A stretch of 64,000 nucleotides of DNA from Mustelus asterias. Taxonomy: Eukaryota. Shown piece by piece: positions 26,201-38,412 of this stretch. The stretch spans positions 1 through 64,000 of the forward strand of contig NW_027591538.1 of NCBI RefSeq assembly GCF_964213995.1. The letters run 5' to 3'. The stretch's first letter is position 1. Every line of letters begins with the position of its first letter. The notes beneath the pieces were generated by a model. It saw only the letters and a list, made by a program, of their open reading frames with translations, ran no database searches and was not told the DNA's origin. The position numbers and the translations under genes are program-made.

Positions 26201-28571
26201 CTCTGTGCTGCTTTCTGGAGGAGGCTGCCAGCTTTATCCGCCACAGAGCATCTGCCAACAAGAACATCAGATGAAACCTTCCATTCCCCAAGTCCCTCTT
26301 TCCTCTCTGCTCCTCGCTGTCTTTCCGGAGGAAATGGGATGGGAAGCTGATGGGAAAAGATTTGCAGGGCTCCAGGGACAAGGTGGAGCAGTGGGACTGG
26401 CTCGATTGCTCTAGCAGAGAGTCGACACCAGCTGAATGGGCTGAATGGCCTCCTTCATTCTGTGGCTATTCTATGGTTGACACACAATAGATAGTCAATA
26501 TCTTTTCCCAAAGGTAGGGGAGTCTAAAACTAAAGGGCATGGGTTTAAGGTGAGAGGGGAGAGATACAGAAGTGTCCAGAGGGGCAATCTTTTCACACAG
26601 AGAGTGATGAGCGTCTGGAAGAAGCTGCCAGAGGTAGTAGTAGAGATGGACACAATTTTACCTTTTAAAAAGCATTTAGACAGTTACATGGGTAAGATAG
26701 ATGTAGAGGGATATGGGCCAAATGTGGGGAATTGGGACCAGCTTAGGGGTTAAAAGAAAAAGGGCAGCATGACAAGTTGGGCCAAAGGGCCTGTTTCCAT
26801 GCTGTAAACATCTACGACACTATGACAACTTGTCATTTGGGTCTCAACTTCAAGTTTCTAGGTGTCCAGATCACCAACAACCTGTCCTGGTCCCCTCATG
26901 CCGACACTATAATTGAGAAAGCCCACCAACACGTCTACTTTCTCAGGAGGCTAAGGAAATTTGGCATGTCAGCTACGACTCTCACCAAGTTCTACAGATG
27001 CACCATCGAAAGCATCCTTTCTGTATCACGGCTTGGTATGGTTTCTGCTCTGTCCAAGACTGCAAGAAATTACAAACGGTCGTGAATGTAGCCCCGTCCA
27101 TCACGCAGACTAGCCTCCCATTCATTGACTCTGTCTACACTTCCCGCGGCCTTAGAAAAGCAGCCAGCATAATTAAGGACCTCATGCACACATTCTCTCT
27201 TCCACCTTCTTCCGTCAGGAAAAAGGTACAAAGTCTGAGATCACGTACCAACCGACTCAAGAACTTCCCGGCTGCCCTCAGACTTTTGAATGGACCTGCT
27301 ACATATTAGATTTATCTTTCTCTACACCCTACCTATGACTGCAACACTACATTCTGCACCCTCTCTTTTACTTCTCCCCGATGTACTCTATGAACGGTAT
27401 GTTTTGTCTGTACAGCATACAAGAAACAATACTTTTCACTGTATCGCAATACATGCGACAGTAATAAATCAAATCAAATCAAAATCCTCCCAATTCTTTC
27501 CTCCACGATAGGTCGCAGCATTTAAAGAACACGCCCAGGGCCCAGTGCTGAGTCTGAGGGTATCTGACTACAGTAAGGTGAGTGATACAGGAGGGTCTCA
27601 CTGTCTGAGGGAGGTGAGTCTTAGCCGGGGGGGCGTGAGTGACCCAGGTTAATCTGACACTCCAGGGACAGTTGGAATGGAGCTTTCCCCCGGGCTGTCC
27701 CCTCCCCGTGTCTGCGTGGGTTTCCTCCGGGTGCTCCGGTTTCCTCCCACAGTCTGAAAGATGTGCCGGTTAGGGTGCATTGGCCGTGCTAAATTCTCCC
27801 TCAGTGTAACCCGAACAGGCGCCGGAGTGTGGGCGACTAGGGGATTCTCACAGTAACTTCATTGTAGTGTTAATGTAAGCCTACTTCTGACACTAATAAA
27901 TAAACTGAAACTGAAGGTCAAGGTGCTGCTGTGACAATGCACTCTTGTTTAAACACTCTGCAATGCTGAGACTGGGAGAAGTGACCAACAGGGGGCAGCA
28001 TTGCAGCTTCTGTCCCCCTATTGAAACTGGGATTGTTGCTCCATCTGCTGCACAATCCCAACCCCATCCACTGGGGGCAATCTGGACAATGGCTGCAGGC
28101 AGACCTCACTGCGCACGCGCCGCAATGACACCCCCAGCCGGCGGCCATTTTCCGTTGCCAAGGGAGACGGCCAGCGGCCCTATTCCGTTGCCAAGGGAGA
28201 CGGCGGCGGCGACCATCTTGCGTTGCCAGGGGAGACGGCATCGATGCGGCGGCGTCCCGCGCGCTGACCTCTGGGAGCATTCCCGTCCCGCACATGCGCA
28301 CAGGCAGCCCTTCCCCCTCGACTGACCCCCCCCTGTTGTCCCGCCAACGAGCATGGGCCGGGCCGGAGTGGGCAAGAGGTGACACTGGGAGGAGCAGCCC
28401 CCCCCCCGGGAGCGTTACAGCGACGCCTGGTGGCCAGGAAGGGCAATAGCAGCAGCACAGTCTCTGCCCAAAGGCTTCCCCAGTTCAGCTGCTCAGAGAC
28501 ACTGGGAATGTCTTCAAGTGGAAACTTCAGCTTCTCACATTCACCCCCTGTGTTCAGTCATTGTTTCCTAG
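14291..28571. repeat. Tandem segmental duplication, unit 2 (about 14.3 kb)
   Basis: Near-identical to unit 1. Homology ends abruptly at TTGTTTCCTAG (about 28571). Confidence 0.95.
19831..22172. repeat. 52-bp minisatellite, roughly 45 units (paralogous array)
   Basis: Same consensus as 6266-8251. Confidence 0.97.
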
Positions 28572-29445
28572 ACAAAGCAGTGAAGAACATTGGGAGAACA
28601 TGCTTCCAGCTTAAGAATTCCACAAAATCAGCAGAATTGTAAAATTATGTCAACTCTTGTACTCTGATGTGAAGAAGTAATTTTATATCATGGGCAGTCC
28701 TCATTTATTGGGGGACTAAGAGGCGTTACCCAATGACAGGATTGGCTTGTTGCTCAGTGTTGTCAAGAATTGGCCACCGAACAACATTGGTTGTAGCCCA
28801 ATAACTTTACCTGCCCCTGCCTGTCTTTCTCTGCGCCTCTGGGTCTCTGTTCACCTCGGTGTCCATCCTGCACTCTCAATATTTTGGCGGCTAATGTCTG
28901 TCTCCTCTCTCTGTGTCTCAAAGCCCCTCTCTCCCTCAACCGTTTTCCAGCAACGTGCAGAATTTAGAACCTGCAATTTCTCCCAGTCTCCTATTTCAAT
29001 AAATTCCCCAAGCCCCATTCGGGGACAGCTGATGTGTTAGCCAAAATATCATCATGACAACTCTGAGGAAAGTTTAAAATTGAAGCAGGTGCACTGAAAT
29101 CCGACAATCTGTCAGATAAATGTGAGGTTGGAGTCAAATTTACATCCTTTCGATGTGTGGAGAGAACTTTAATAAGAGATCGAATCTTAGCAGTATTGCT
29201 GTGGTTTCAAATTTTGTAACACGAATATAGTTTAACAGAAAGGCCTGGAACACTCAAAACAGATAAAGCAATTAATTGATGAGGATTCAGACTGAAGTTC
29301 GTATTAGTTCCGTGCATGGGTCCACCTGAATTTAAGTATATTATAATAAGAATCATGAGAACAAGAAAAAATACAGCAGCAAAATCCTGCAACAAGATCC
29401 TTCAGTAATCTGAGAATTCACTGATCTCCCATTTACCTCACATCA

Positions 29446-29459
29446 CCACCAGAGGGCGA
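29446..29459 (+). promoter_or_regulatory. CTCF motif
   Basis: CCACCAGAGGGCGA, close match to CCASYAGRKGGCRS. Confidence 0.6.
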
Positions 29460-29579
29460 TCCCTCACCGTGTTTTTGTGTTCACTGTTTCAGGAGCAGGT
29501 TCCATAACACATGGATATGTTGGGGAGCCATAATCCAAGAGAACAGGATGAATTATTCAATTACCCGGTTGAAGGATAG

Positions 29580-29755
29580 AGAGCAGTAATGCAGGAGAAC
29601 TCTGCTTTAATTGTTGGAATACACAATGATATGTTACAGAGCAGAAATCTAAGAGAACTGCATTGCTTGTTGGAATACACAGTGATATGTCACAGAGCAG
29701 TAATCAAGGAGAACTGCATTAATTGTTAGAATACACTGTAATATTTACAGAGCAG
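29580..29755. repeat. Three diverged tandem copies of a 55-58 bp unit
   Basis: AGAGCAG...GAGAACT(CT)GC...TTGTT(G/A)GAATACAC...ATAT.T.AC at 29580, 29638 and 29694. Confidence 0.8.
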
Positions 29756-29759
29756 ATAT

Positions 29760-30380
29760 GGATGCTAAATTTGCAGACAACACAAAGATAGGTAGGACGA
29801 TAAATGATGAAGTGCGTGTGAAGATACGATAAAGAAACATAAATAGGTTAAGTGAATTGGCAAAGCTCCGCCAAATTGAGTATAATGTGGTCAAATGTGA
29901 AAATGTCCCTATTGGCAGGATGAATATAAAATACACTTAATATTTAAACGGTGAAAGATTACAAAATTCTGAGGTACAGAGGGATTGGGCTGTCCTAGGG
30001 CACGAATCGAAAGGGGCTAAGGTACAGGTATAGTAATTAATTAAAAACGTCATAAGATATGATCATTCACTACGAGGGGATCTATTATAAAATAGGAAGG
30101 GTATGTTTCCGTTGTACGGGGCATTGGTGAGACCTCACCTGGAGTATTGCGGACAATACGTATCTCCTTATCTAAAGAAAGATGGTAATGCGTTAAAAAA
30201 CGTTCAGAGAAGGTTTGCTGTAATAGTATCCAGGTACGTGCGGGTTATCTGTATCCGCGGTAAGAATATTGATGTTGGGTTTGTATCCACTTGAGTTTCG
30301 AAGACTCAGAGATAACTTCATTGAAACCTTTAAAACCATAAGGGGTATTAACGGTGTGGATGTGGAGCGAATTGTTCCTC
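29760..30380 (+). mobile_element. Old CR1 LINE RT fragment (partly duplicated, inverted, at about 45420-45670)
   Basis: KFADNTK, LYGALVRPHLEYC, LEFRRLR motifs with stops. Confidence 0.75.
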
Positions 30381-30700
30381 GTGTCCGTGTTGTAGCTGCA
30401 CTGGGTATTTCTGGGTCTTTATATTTCTCGGCGTGTGTATATCTGGGATCTTGTTTCTGCGTCTGTTCCCAATGCGGTTGTAATGTCCACGGGAGGGCGC
30501 TCTCTGATCACTGACCAAACATCACAGTTGCCTTCTGCAGAGAGTGACTATTTGCAGATATAAAAATGGGTGGGGAAATAAACCCCAGCCAATCGCACCA
30601 CACCTTGCTGACTCTTTCAACTTCTCACATTCCAGGTCCGGTACAGAGAGAGATCATTGTTTCCGTTTCTGGAGCTCAGACTGGAACGCTGGGGGTGAAA

Positions 30701-31171
30701 ATGTTCCTGATTCTAGTTATTGCACTGATCCCAGGTCAGTGATTCTGGTCACAGATTGTAAAGTATATTGCAAACCTTGTGCAATTTCCCTTTCCCAGCG
30801 CTGTGTGACTATCGTCTTCCTCTGACTCCTAACCCGCTGTGCGTCCGCTGTTTATTTTCAGAGATGAGTAATGGAGACTCAGTGTTCCAGTCAGAACCAG
30901 GAGTTGAAGCAGCAGAGGGTGAAGATTCAGCAATACCCTGCAGTTACTCTGTGCCGAGTTCAGCTATACAACATGACCTGTTCTGGTATCGCCAGTATCC
31001 ACACCGAGCTCCTCAGTATCTGCTCAGAGCCGATAGTTATGGGTTTACCGATACGGCTCCCGGCTTTGGACACTTCAGCGGGAATCTCAACCAGACACAA
31101 AGCACTTTTCACTTGTCCATGAAAGATTTGAAGATGAGAGACAGCGCCGTGTATTACTGTGCACTGAGACC
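30701..31171 (+). CDS. TRAV: TCR alpha/delta V segment V1 (family A), leader 30701-30734 + V exon 30862-31171; apparently functional
   Basis: Leader MFLILVIALIP with phase-1 GT donor and TTTCAG acceptor. V exon has Cys23 (IPCSY), WYRQ and DSAVYYCALRP, followed by a 23-RSS. The upstream ATG present in paralog V5 is CTG here. Confidence 0.93.
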
Positions 31172-31210
31172 CACAGTGAGTGAGGCTCCCGCGGGCCTCA
31201 GACAAAAAGT
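31172..31210 (+). other. 23-RSS of V1
   Basis: CACAGTG - 23 nt - ACAAAAAGT. Confidence 0.95.
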
Positions 31211-31487
31211 GACGCAGACGTTTCAGGGTCAGAGAAAAAGAGTCGGATCTCAACGAAAATGCGCAGAAAATGAAGGCCACAATACAGCCCCAGCTGAATA
31301 ATATTCCCCCCACTGAGCTCAGCCATTGTCAGTGTTGTGAAATGTCACATTTGCCGTCCTATTATTCCCGGATCAAATCCAACCATTCTCCGACCCCATC
31401 CGCACAAAATCTGCAGATTATCCCGGGTGAATAACTTCCTTAATCTGTACTTAGAAAGATTCTGGATTCGGTGCCTATCTGCCAGGC

Positions 31488-32299
31488 GACACTCTCTCAC
31501 TCACACACATGCTCTTTCTCTCTGTCACACACGCTTTCTCTCTCACACACAGTTTCTCTCTCACACATTCTCTCACACACACTTTCACGCTCACACACTC
31601 TCACCCATGCATTCTCTCTCACTGACACACTCTCACACACATGCACTCAGTCTCTCACACACACATACACTCACTCTCTCACACACATGCACTCAGTCTC
31701 TCACACACACACACAGATACACTCACTCTCTCACACACATACACTCTCTCTGTCAAACATACGCTCTCTCTCAAACATATACTCTCTCTCTCACACACGC
31801 ACTCTCTCTCACACACACACTCTCACACACACACACTTTCTCTCTCACACATACACTCTCTCTCACGCACACACTGTCTCTCACGCACACACTCTCTCTC
31901 TCACACACTCTCTCACACACACACTCTCTCTCACACACACACTCTCTCTCACGCACACACTCTCTCGCACACTCTCTCTCGCACACACTCTCTCTCGCAC
32001 ACACTCTCTCGCACACTCTCTCTCTCGCACACTCACTCTCTCGCACACACTCTCGCGCACACACACTCTCTCTCTCACACACTCTCTCACACACACACTC
32101 TCTCTCACACATTCTCTCGCACACACTCTCTCTCGCACACTCTCTCTCGCACACTCTCTCTCGCACACACTCTCTCTCTCTCACACACACTCTGTCTCAC
32201 ACACACACACTCTTTCTCACACACACTCTTTCTCACACACACTCTCTCTCACACACACTCTCTCTCACACACACTCTCTCTCACACACACTCTCTCTCG
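31488..32299. repeat. About 810-bp compound (CA/CT)n microsatellite
   Basis: Direct reading of sequence. Source of the spurious His/Thr/Ser/Leu-rich ORFs. Confidence 0.97.
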
Positions 32300-32734
32300 C
32301 TGATGTGCCAGCAGGTTCGATGAGTGAGTGAATCCCATCCCGCAGTCAGAGCAGAGGAACGGCCTCTCTCCGGTATGAACTCTCCGGTGGTTCAGCAGGT
32401 TGTATGAATGAGTGAATCGCTTTCCACAGTCAGAGCAGATGAACGGCCTCTCCCCGGTGTGAATTCGCTGATGTGTCAGCAGACTGGATGACTGAGTGAA
32501 TCCCTTCCCACACACGGGACAGGTGAACTGTCGCTCCCCAGTGTGATTTCGCCCATGAGCTTTCAGTTCAAATGGGGAACTGAATCCCTTCCCACAGTCC
32601 CCACACTTATAGGGTCTTTCTCCAGAGTGAACGTGCTTGTGTTTCAACAGGCCAGATGATCGGCTGTAGCCTTGTCCACACTCAGAGCACGTGGACGGTT
32701 TCTCCCCACTCTTAACGGTGCTTTTACCTTCCAT
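32249..32734 (-). CDS. C2H2 zinc-finger protein: 4 complete fingers plus a fifth truncated by a microsatellite (possibly a pseudogene)
   Basis: Repeated CxxC-x12-HxxxH with (H)TGERP linkers. Splice acceptor at 32837-32838 upstream of the ATG. The frame runs into the GA/GT repeat after LLAHQR. Confidence 0.8.
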   Translation of the reverse strand: MEGKSTVKSGEKPSTCSECGQGYSRSSGLLKHKHVHSGERPYKCGDCGKGFSSPFELKAHGRNHTGERQFTCPVCGKGFTQSSSLLTHQRIHTGERPFICSDCGKRFTHSYNLLNHRRVHTGERPFLCSDCGMGFTHSSNLLAHQRERVCVRESVCERECV

Positions 32735-33847
32735 GTTCAAATTCTGATGATACTGAAGTTCTGATGAATTGGGCGGCTCTCAGATCCTGATGTGATGTTC
32801 AAATTTCCCAACTGCAAATCCTCAACTTCGAATACCCTGTGAAATTGATTTAAAACAGAAAAAAAGGGTGCGAGAGAACTCACAAAACACAAAGGCAGGT
32901 TGTGAAATTGAGCTGAATGAATCTGGTAATTTGTGGAGCTGGTACTAGGAAAAGATGACCATGGAAACAGCTGGATTGTCATAAAAACCCAACTATTGTC
33001 CTTCAGGCGAGGAAACCTGGCCATGCAGTCTGGGTCTACACCAGGTCTGAACCAACACAAGACTCTGGGATTAATGAGGGGAGCAAGGAAGAGAAAGATA
33101 GAGAGGTGGGAGCAGGAAGTATTGAAGGAGAGGATTTTGTATATCTCCAACTCAACCCGAGCTTTGAAGGAATCATTAGCTTACCCACCTAGAAGGTCCA
33201 GAGCAGCAGGTGCGTGTGAACATGAACACTTCCAGGTTCCCCTCCAAGTAACACACCATCCTATCATGTCTGACATCCAGTGCTCGTTGAGCAGAAATGT
33301 CCTCCAATTCAATACTGGGAAGAGGAAAGCCACTGTCTTCAGTGCTTGCAACAAAATCCACTCCCCACCTCCTCTCTCTGTTGTAACTCTTTGAGGCTGA
33401 ACCAGACAGTTCATTAGCTGGCTGTTAAATTTCATCCCAAGCTGAGGTTCTGATTACATATCACTAAGATTATTATATTAACACCTATCGCAGAGCTGGA
33501 GTTATTTTGCAATTCAGCAGAAACAAACCCAAATGAACTGGTTCAGTCTGAATATGATTCACGCCAAAATCCAATCACTGCAGTTACATGGAATTTGTTG
33601 GTGATTCAGCAGCCCGGATAAGGCAACATATCCCTTCCCACAGCAGGGGCAGGTGAGCCGCCTCTCTCCAGTGCGACTGCGTCAATGAGTTTCCAACTTG
33701 GGTTGATATTTGAGTCCCTTCCCACAGTCCCCACATTTCCATGCAATCTCCCTGTTGTGACTACAATTATGTTCCAAAAGGCCAGATGATTGGTTGAAAG
33801 CTTATCCACACACACAACACGAGCACAGTTACTCTCCACTGTGAACG

Positions 33848-34084
33848 CAGTAAGTAGTCTCACAACACCAGGTTAAAGTCCAACAGGTTTATTTGGTAGC
33901 ACGAGCTTTTGGAGCACTGCTCCTTCATCAGGAGAGTGTCTGAATATGACTAGACACTCACCTGATGAAGGAGAAGCGCTCCGAAAGTTCGTGCTACCAA
34001 AGAAACCTGTTGCACTTTAACCTGGTGTTGTGAGACTTCTTACTGTGCCCACCCCAGTCCAATGCCGGCAAGTCCACATCATGG
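33848..34084. mobile_element. Inverted pair of Penelope-like LTR fragments (94-bp arms) with probable TSD
   Basis: Arms 33848-33941 and 33952-34045, flanked by CTCC(A)ACTGTGAACG at 33834 and 34085. Confidence 0.8.
33959..33993 (+). ncRNA. Minimal hammerhead ribozyme (right arm of inverted Penelope LTR pair)
   Basis: CAC-CUGAUGA-A-GGAG...CUCC-GAAA-GU-UC-GUG. The mirror copy on the left arm has GAAA mutated to AAAA. Confidence 0.6.
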
Positions 34085-34214
34085 CTCCAACTGTGAACGG
34101 TGCTCTTTCCTTCGATATTAAAAATACAATAATGTTCAGACTACAATAAATTGGCCGACTCCATCATGTCATGTTTGGTTTCAAAGCTTCCTTTCTAAAA
34201 TCCTGTGTTTTCTT

Positions 34215-34445
34215 TTCTTACTGTCCCTGCTGCCACTCTGCCTTATCAGACATCTGGCTCTGTGCAAACCCGGATAATGTCTCTGTGCCCTGTTTGAGAG
34301 CCGATATCCACTCCATCTGACGAAGGAGCAGCGTTCCGAAACCTAATGGCATTTGCTACCAAATAAAGCTGTTGGACTTTAACCTGGTGTTGTTAAAACT
34401 CTTACTGTGCTTACCCCAGTCCAACGCCGGCATCTCCACATCATG
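34215..34445 (+). mobile_element. Penelope-like LTR fragment
   Basis: Same terminal sequence (...CCCCAGTCCAACGCCGGCATCTCCACATCATG) as 42051-42180. Confidence 0.75.
34313..34349 (+). ncRNA. Minimal hammerhead ribozyme in Penelope-like LTR
   Basis: CCAU-CUGACGA-A-GGAGC AGC GUUCC-GAAA-CC-UA-AUGG. Confidence 0.65.
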
Positions 34446-35252
34446 ACCAGAATAAGGCAGGGTCAGATTACCCAGCTCAGAGGGTTGATGCAGTTTGATG
34501 GACAAGTTGTCTCCATTCTGAACAATGGGGAACAAGCTCCTCCCACTCATTGTCAACATTGCCCCCTACAAAGATGGCGGCAGCGCCTGCGTCCTGTTGC
34601 ACATTGCCCCCAACAAAGATGTCCGACGCAGATTCGCATTTCCACGGACAGAGTGGCAGCAGTCAGCCCAGGCCCAACACTACAAGTTGCGGCCCCATTT
34701 CGTACGAACAGAGGGACCGATACGTTCTTTTCCGGGGTGTGAGTTTGAACAACATGTAAAAAGGGAGTTAGATATTTGAAGACACCCTTTCCAAACTTCA
34801 CCCTGTATATGTTGCTGCCGTGTCTCGGGATGCTCTCACTGCATTTCCCTGTGTCCGCGGGGGTGCTGTGGGGTTGGCAGCTGGTGAACTGTCTGCCAGT
34901 GAATGGATTCACCCCGAGCTGGGTTCACTCAGTGTTCTGATAGGGCGAGTGGTTTCCTAGTTAGACACGTGGGAAGAGATTTGTAACCGGAAACATGGGG
35001 TCACTGATGGGGTTTATTTATTCCGGCTTCAATTCTCCATCTCTGATTCCAGTAGAATCGATATCCGTGAGTGTGGGCGGATAAAGCTCGAGTCTCAGCT
35101 TCTTTCAGCAGCTCGACAGAGAGACGCCACAGTTTTGACTGGTCCGGTTTTTTTGCTCCTTGTTATTTCTTGTGAATATTATATACATATCCTAATTCTA
35201 CATTGAACTCCTTGGACAATTGCTTGAGCAGGAATTTCATATGATCTGAAAA

Positions 35253-35585
35253 ATGCTCCGAATTTACAGATTCTCTTTGCTGTTTTCCTCTCTGATCTGC
35301 ACGGGAGTGACTGGAGCAGATGAGGTGATGCAGCTCCCTCGGTGGAAGGTTGTCAGCGAAGAGGAAACCATATCCATGAACTGCACCACGACCACTGCGT
35401 TTAACGGCTTGTATTGGTACAGACAGTCCCCGAATCAGCCACCCCAGCATCTGGTGACGGCCACAAGAGAACCCGATCAAAGCGGGAGGATCACTGCCTC
35501 AATCGGGGAAGGCTACAAATTCAGTGCCCTGACTGTGAGAGACGCCGGAGTTACAGACACTGCCACCTATCTCTGTGCCGTGAGC
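35253..35585 (+). CDS. TRAV: TCR alpha/delta V segment V2 (family B), single exon leader+V
   Basis: Uninterrupted ORF MLRIYRFSLLFSSLICTGVTG-ADEVMQ...MNC...WYRQ...DTATYLCAVS, then RSS. No intron between leader and FR1. Confidence 0.93.
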
Positions 35586-35624
35586 CACAGTGTGACAAAC
35601 ACAGGGAGGTCCCATACAAAAACC
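35586..35624 (+). other. 23-RSS of V2 (perfect consensus)
   Basis: CACAGTG - 23 nt - ACAAAAACC. Confidence 0.97.
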
Positions 35625-35969
35625 TGCATCGACTGTGAGAGCCACTCTGCTGTGTCTGCACGAGCGGCAGAGTGAGTGATGGGATTGTTAAAAAAATGTC
35701 AAGGAAGGAAATGAGCTCAACACATAATAAAATATAGAATCTAATTATTAAAATTCCGTCAGAAATGAAGAGAGTTGAAAACAGAAATGGAGAAGAGGAA
35801 AGAGGGAACGTGTAAACTGGACTGAGTGAGTGGAAAACGGAACATAGGAAATTTCAGTCATCGGAGGAGGAGTGAACAGAAAATGAGGAAACTGTTGAAA
35901 TAGAGATTGAGATTGGAAAGTCCTGAGTGTGATAGACAGATTAAAAATCAGGTGATATCATAAATAAAG

Positions 35970-36265
35970 AGTGGATGGCCTAGTGGTATTATCGCGAGGC
36001 GATTTATCCAGTAACTCAGTTAATGTTCAGGAGACCCGGAATAACAATTTAGAATCTACTGATCAAACTATTGTCGATTGTCTGAAAACTCATCTGATTC
36101 ACTCATGTCCCTTCGGGAAGGAAATCTGCCATCCTTACCTGGTCTGGTCTACATGTGACTCCAGACCCACAGCAATGTGGTTGACTCTCAACTGCCCTCC
36201 AAGGGCAACTAGGGATGGGCAATAAATGCTGGCCAGCCAGCGGCGCCTAAGTCCCACGAATAACT
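35970..36265 (+). mobile_element. DeuSINE (SacSINE1-like); paralog about 58970-59285
   Basis: Deu-domain-like GGAAGGAAATCTGCC.TCCTTACCTGGTCTGG.CTACATGTGACTCCAGA.CCACAGCAATGTGGTTGACTCT. Confidence 0.7.
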
Positions 36266-36394
36266 GAAATGAACGCTCATATTTACGCAGCTGAATTTTC
36301 TGAAACATACCCCCTAAAACCCGGGCACTGGAAACTGCCCTGTCGATAAATTTGTACTTTGCTCGTTATCCCAACATTGAAAGTTTCAGAACTT

Positions 36395-36408
36395 CCGCCA
36401 GAGGGCGC
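36395..36408 (+). promoter_or_regulatory. CTCF motif
   Basis: CCGCCAGAGGGCGC. Confidence 0.6.
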
Positions 36409-37459
36409 ACTGGTTACAGACTCCTCGCTGCTCTGAACTGAAAATATAAACAAATAACAGCAGCATTGTCAGCTGCCTTTGCTGCTGTCGCTCTGATCCA
36501 CATTGACTGCCTTCTGTTATTGGACATGTTATTCTCTCGTCCGGGATTTGCAGCGCAGTGGGAGGGGCAACTTCTGCCCCAAAAGTGGGTGTTTCCGTCT
36601 GCAGAGTTACAGACACAACGTGCGTCATATGATACGGACTCCGTCTGAACCTGTTCATTATGTTGCTTAATATTGAGTATCTCCTTCTCAGGAGAACTCC
36701 CCCCCCCCCCCCCCCCCCCCACACCCACCCACCACCCAACCCACCCGACTGCTGTAAAATAAATCAAATAATGCAACAATTTATGGACTGAATATGATAA
36801 ATGCGGGACACCAAATGTCCCCGTCTGGCGGGATTGTTCAGATTGGTGAATGAGGGCAATACTGTAACTAACAGACATACAGCTCAGTTCATGTACAAGG
36901 AAAATGCTGTGTCTGTTTAACCTATAGCAAAACAAAAACTAGAGGAAATGAGAAAGAAAATAAGAAGTAATTATTATTTTAACGAATCAAATGAGAGAAA
37001 GAACTCAGGGGTCAGATGCAAGAAGGAGAAGAAGCTGTCAATGGCATTAAACATATAAATAATCAAATATTTATTAACAACACAGATTTCAGAAAGCAAG
37101 GCTACAAGTCTAACGCAGTTCGGAACACTTAGATCAGTTTAGTGATTCTTCGTTCGTTTCGTGATAACCTCAGAGACAGTGTGTGAGAGAGATTGGGAAA
37201 GATAGAGTTGGGATGAGAGTGCACAGTGCTGAGCGGGAGACTCTTCCTTCTTTCAGTGTTAACCTCACAGACAGTGTGTGAGACACTGGGAAAGGTGGAG
37301 TTGGGATAAGAAAGCACAGTGTTGAGGGGAGCGGCACTTGAGCAACTGGGGGCATCTTCATCCCCACTCCGGACAGAGCAGAACCTCTGTTCAGAAGTGG
37401 TTGTCAGACTTCTACCCAATCAAGGCAGGTTTGGAAAAGGTTAAAAAGAAACAGAGTTA

Positions 37460-37870
37460 ATCTGGCTGGAGATTAGAGAGAGTGCAGAGAAGGTTTATCA
37501 GGGTGTTGCCTGGTATGGAGGGTCTTAGCTCTGAGGAGAGATTGGGTAAACTGGGCTTGTTCTCCCTGGAAAGACGGAGAATGAGGGGAGACCTAATAGA
37601 GGTGTACAAAATTATGAAGGGTATAGATAGGGTGAACAGTGGGAAGCTTTTTCCCAGGTCGGAGGTGATGATCACGAGGGTTCACGGGCTCAAGGTGAGA
37701 GGGGCGAGGTATAACTCAGATATCAGAGGGATGTTCTTTACACAGAGAGTGGTGGGGGCCTGGAATGCGCTGCCAAGTAGACATGCTGGCATCGTTTAAG
37801 ACTTATCTGGTTAGTCACATGAGCAGTCTGGGAATGGAGGGATACAAACGAATGGTCTAGTTGGACCAAT
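37460..37870 (+). mobile_element. CR1/HER1 LINE 3' fragment
   Basis: LGLFSLERRRMRGDLIEVYKI...FFTQRVVGAWNALP. Confidence 0.87.
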
Positions 37871-38339
37871 GAGCGACTGGCTCTGCTCAGTCAGACAGTT
37901 CACCCTTCAATCTCCTCTGATTAAGGTTCCCAGAGAGTTTCTAAAGATTCACAACTCTGGCAACCATAATAATATATCTCCTGAAGCAATATAAGTTTGC
38001 TATCGATGCTAATATAACATTTCTGTTTGGGCTTTTGCTCTTTTAGTTGCATTCTCTCAATATTGTTATTGGCCGTGGTTGTGAGTCTGGAATTCGCCCC
38101 GATACCGAACCCAACACGGTATCTCACTGCCCTCTGATGGGGGTGACATGGAACTGCAAAGTGCAACTTTCGACCACCTGTGAGTCTTCGGGACTCAAGT
38201 TTGTGTTCAACAATTTCCGGTCGTGAATTCTACCACGATCGTCTTTATGTCCTTTGTTCAAATTTTAGTCTGCACCTGGGGTGGAGAATCTTTTTTGCTA
38301 TGAGTTCACCTCCGCCAGACAAAGAGAACCTTTTTCCAT

Positions 38340-38412
38340 ATCTGGGTCATGGAGATTCTGTCACTCAGCCGATGTCCTCAGCAGTCCAGACAGAAGGAGA
38401 AGCGGTGACTTA
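38340..38412 (+). pseudogene. Truncated TCR V relic (FR1 only, family F)
   Basis: Encodes LGHGDSVTQPMSSAVQTEGEAVT. Acceptor is TTCCAT rather than AG, and there is no Cys, WYRQ or RSS downstream. Same start as the relic at 57.56 kb. Confidence 0.65.

Larger units (their letters stand above)
33620..34117 (-). pseudogene. Degenerate C2H2 zinc-finger pseudogene interrupted by a Penelope-like insertion
   Basis: Minus strand reads HSGE*LCSCCVCG*AFNQSSGLLEH...WKCGDCGKG...LETH*RSRTGERRLTCPCCGKG. Its start region is homologous to the MEGKSTV start of the 32.7 kb ZNF. Confidence 0.75.

Noticed and set aside
31337-32331. Long His/Thr/Ser/Leu-rich ORFs (also the Cys/Val-rich ORFs at 3.3-4.3, 9.0-9.4, 17 and 23.4 kb)
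   Set aside because: Translations of CA/CT/TG microsatellites and N gaps
37165-37325. Two 95-bp tandem units, each with CAGTGTG...36-38 nt...CACAGTG, resembling D segments
   Set aside because: No acceptable nonamer at 12 or 23 nt on either side; treated as a local duplication with chance heptamers
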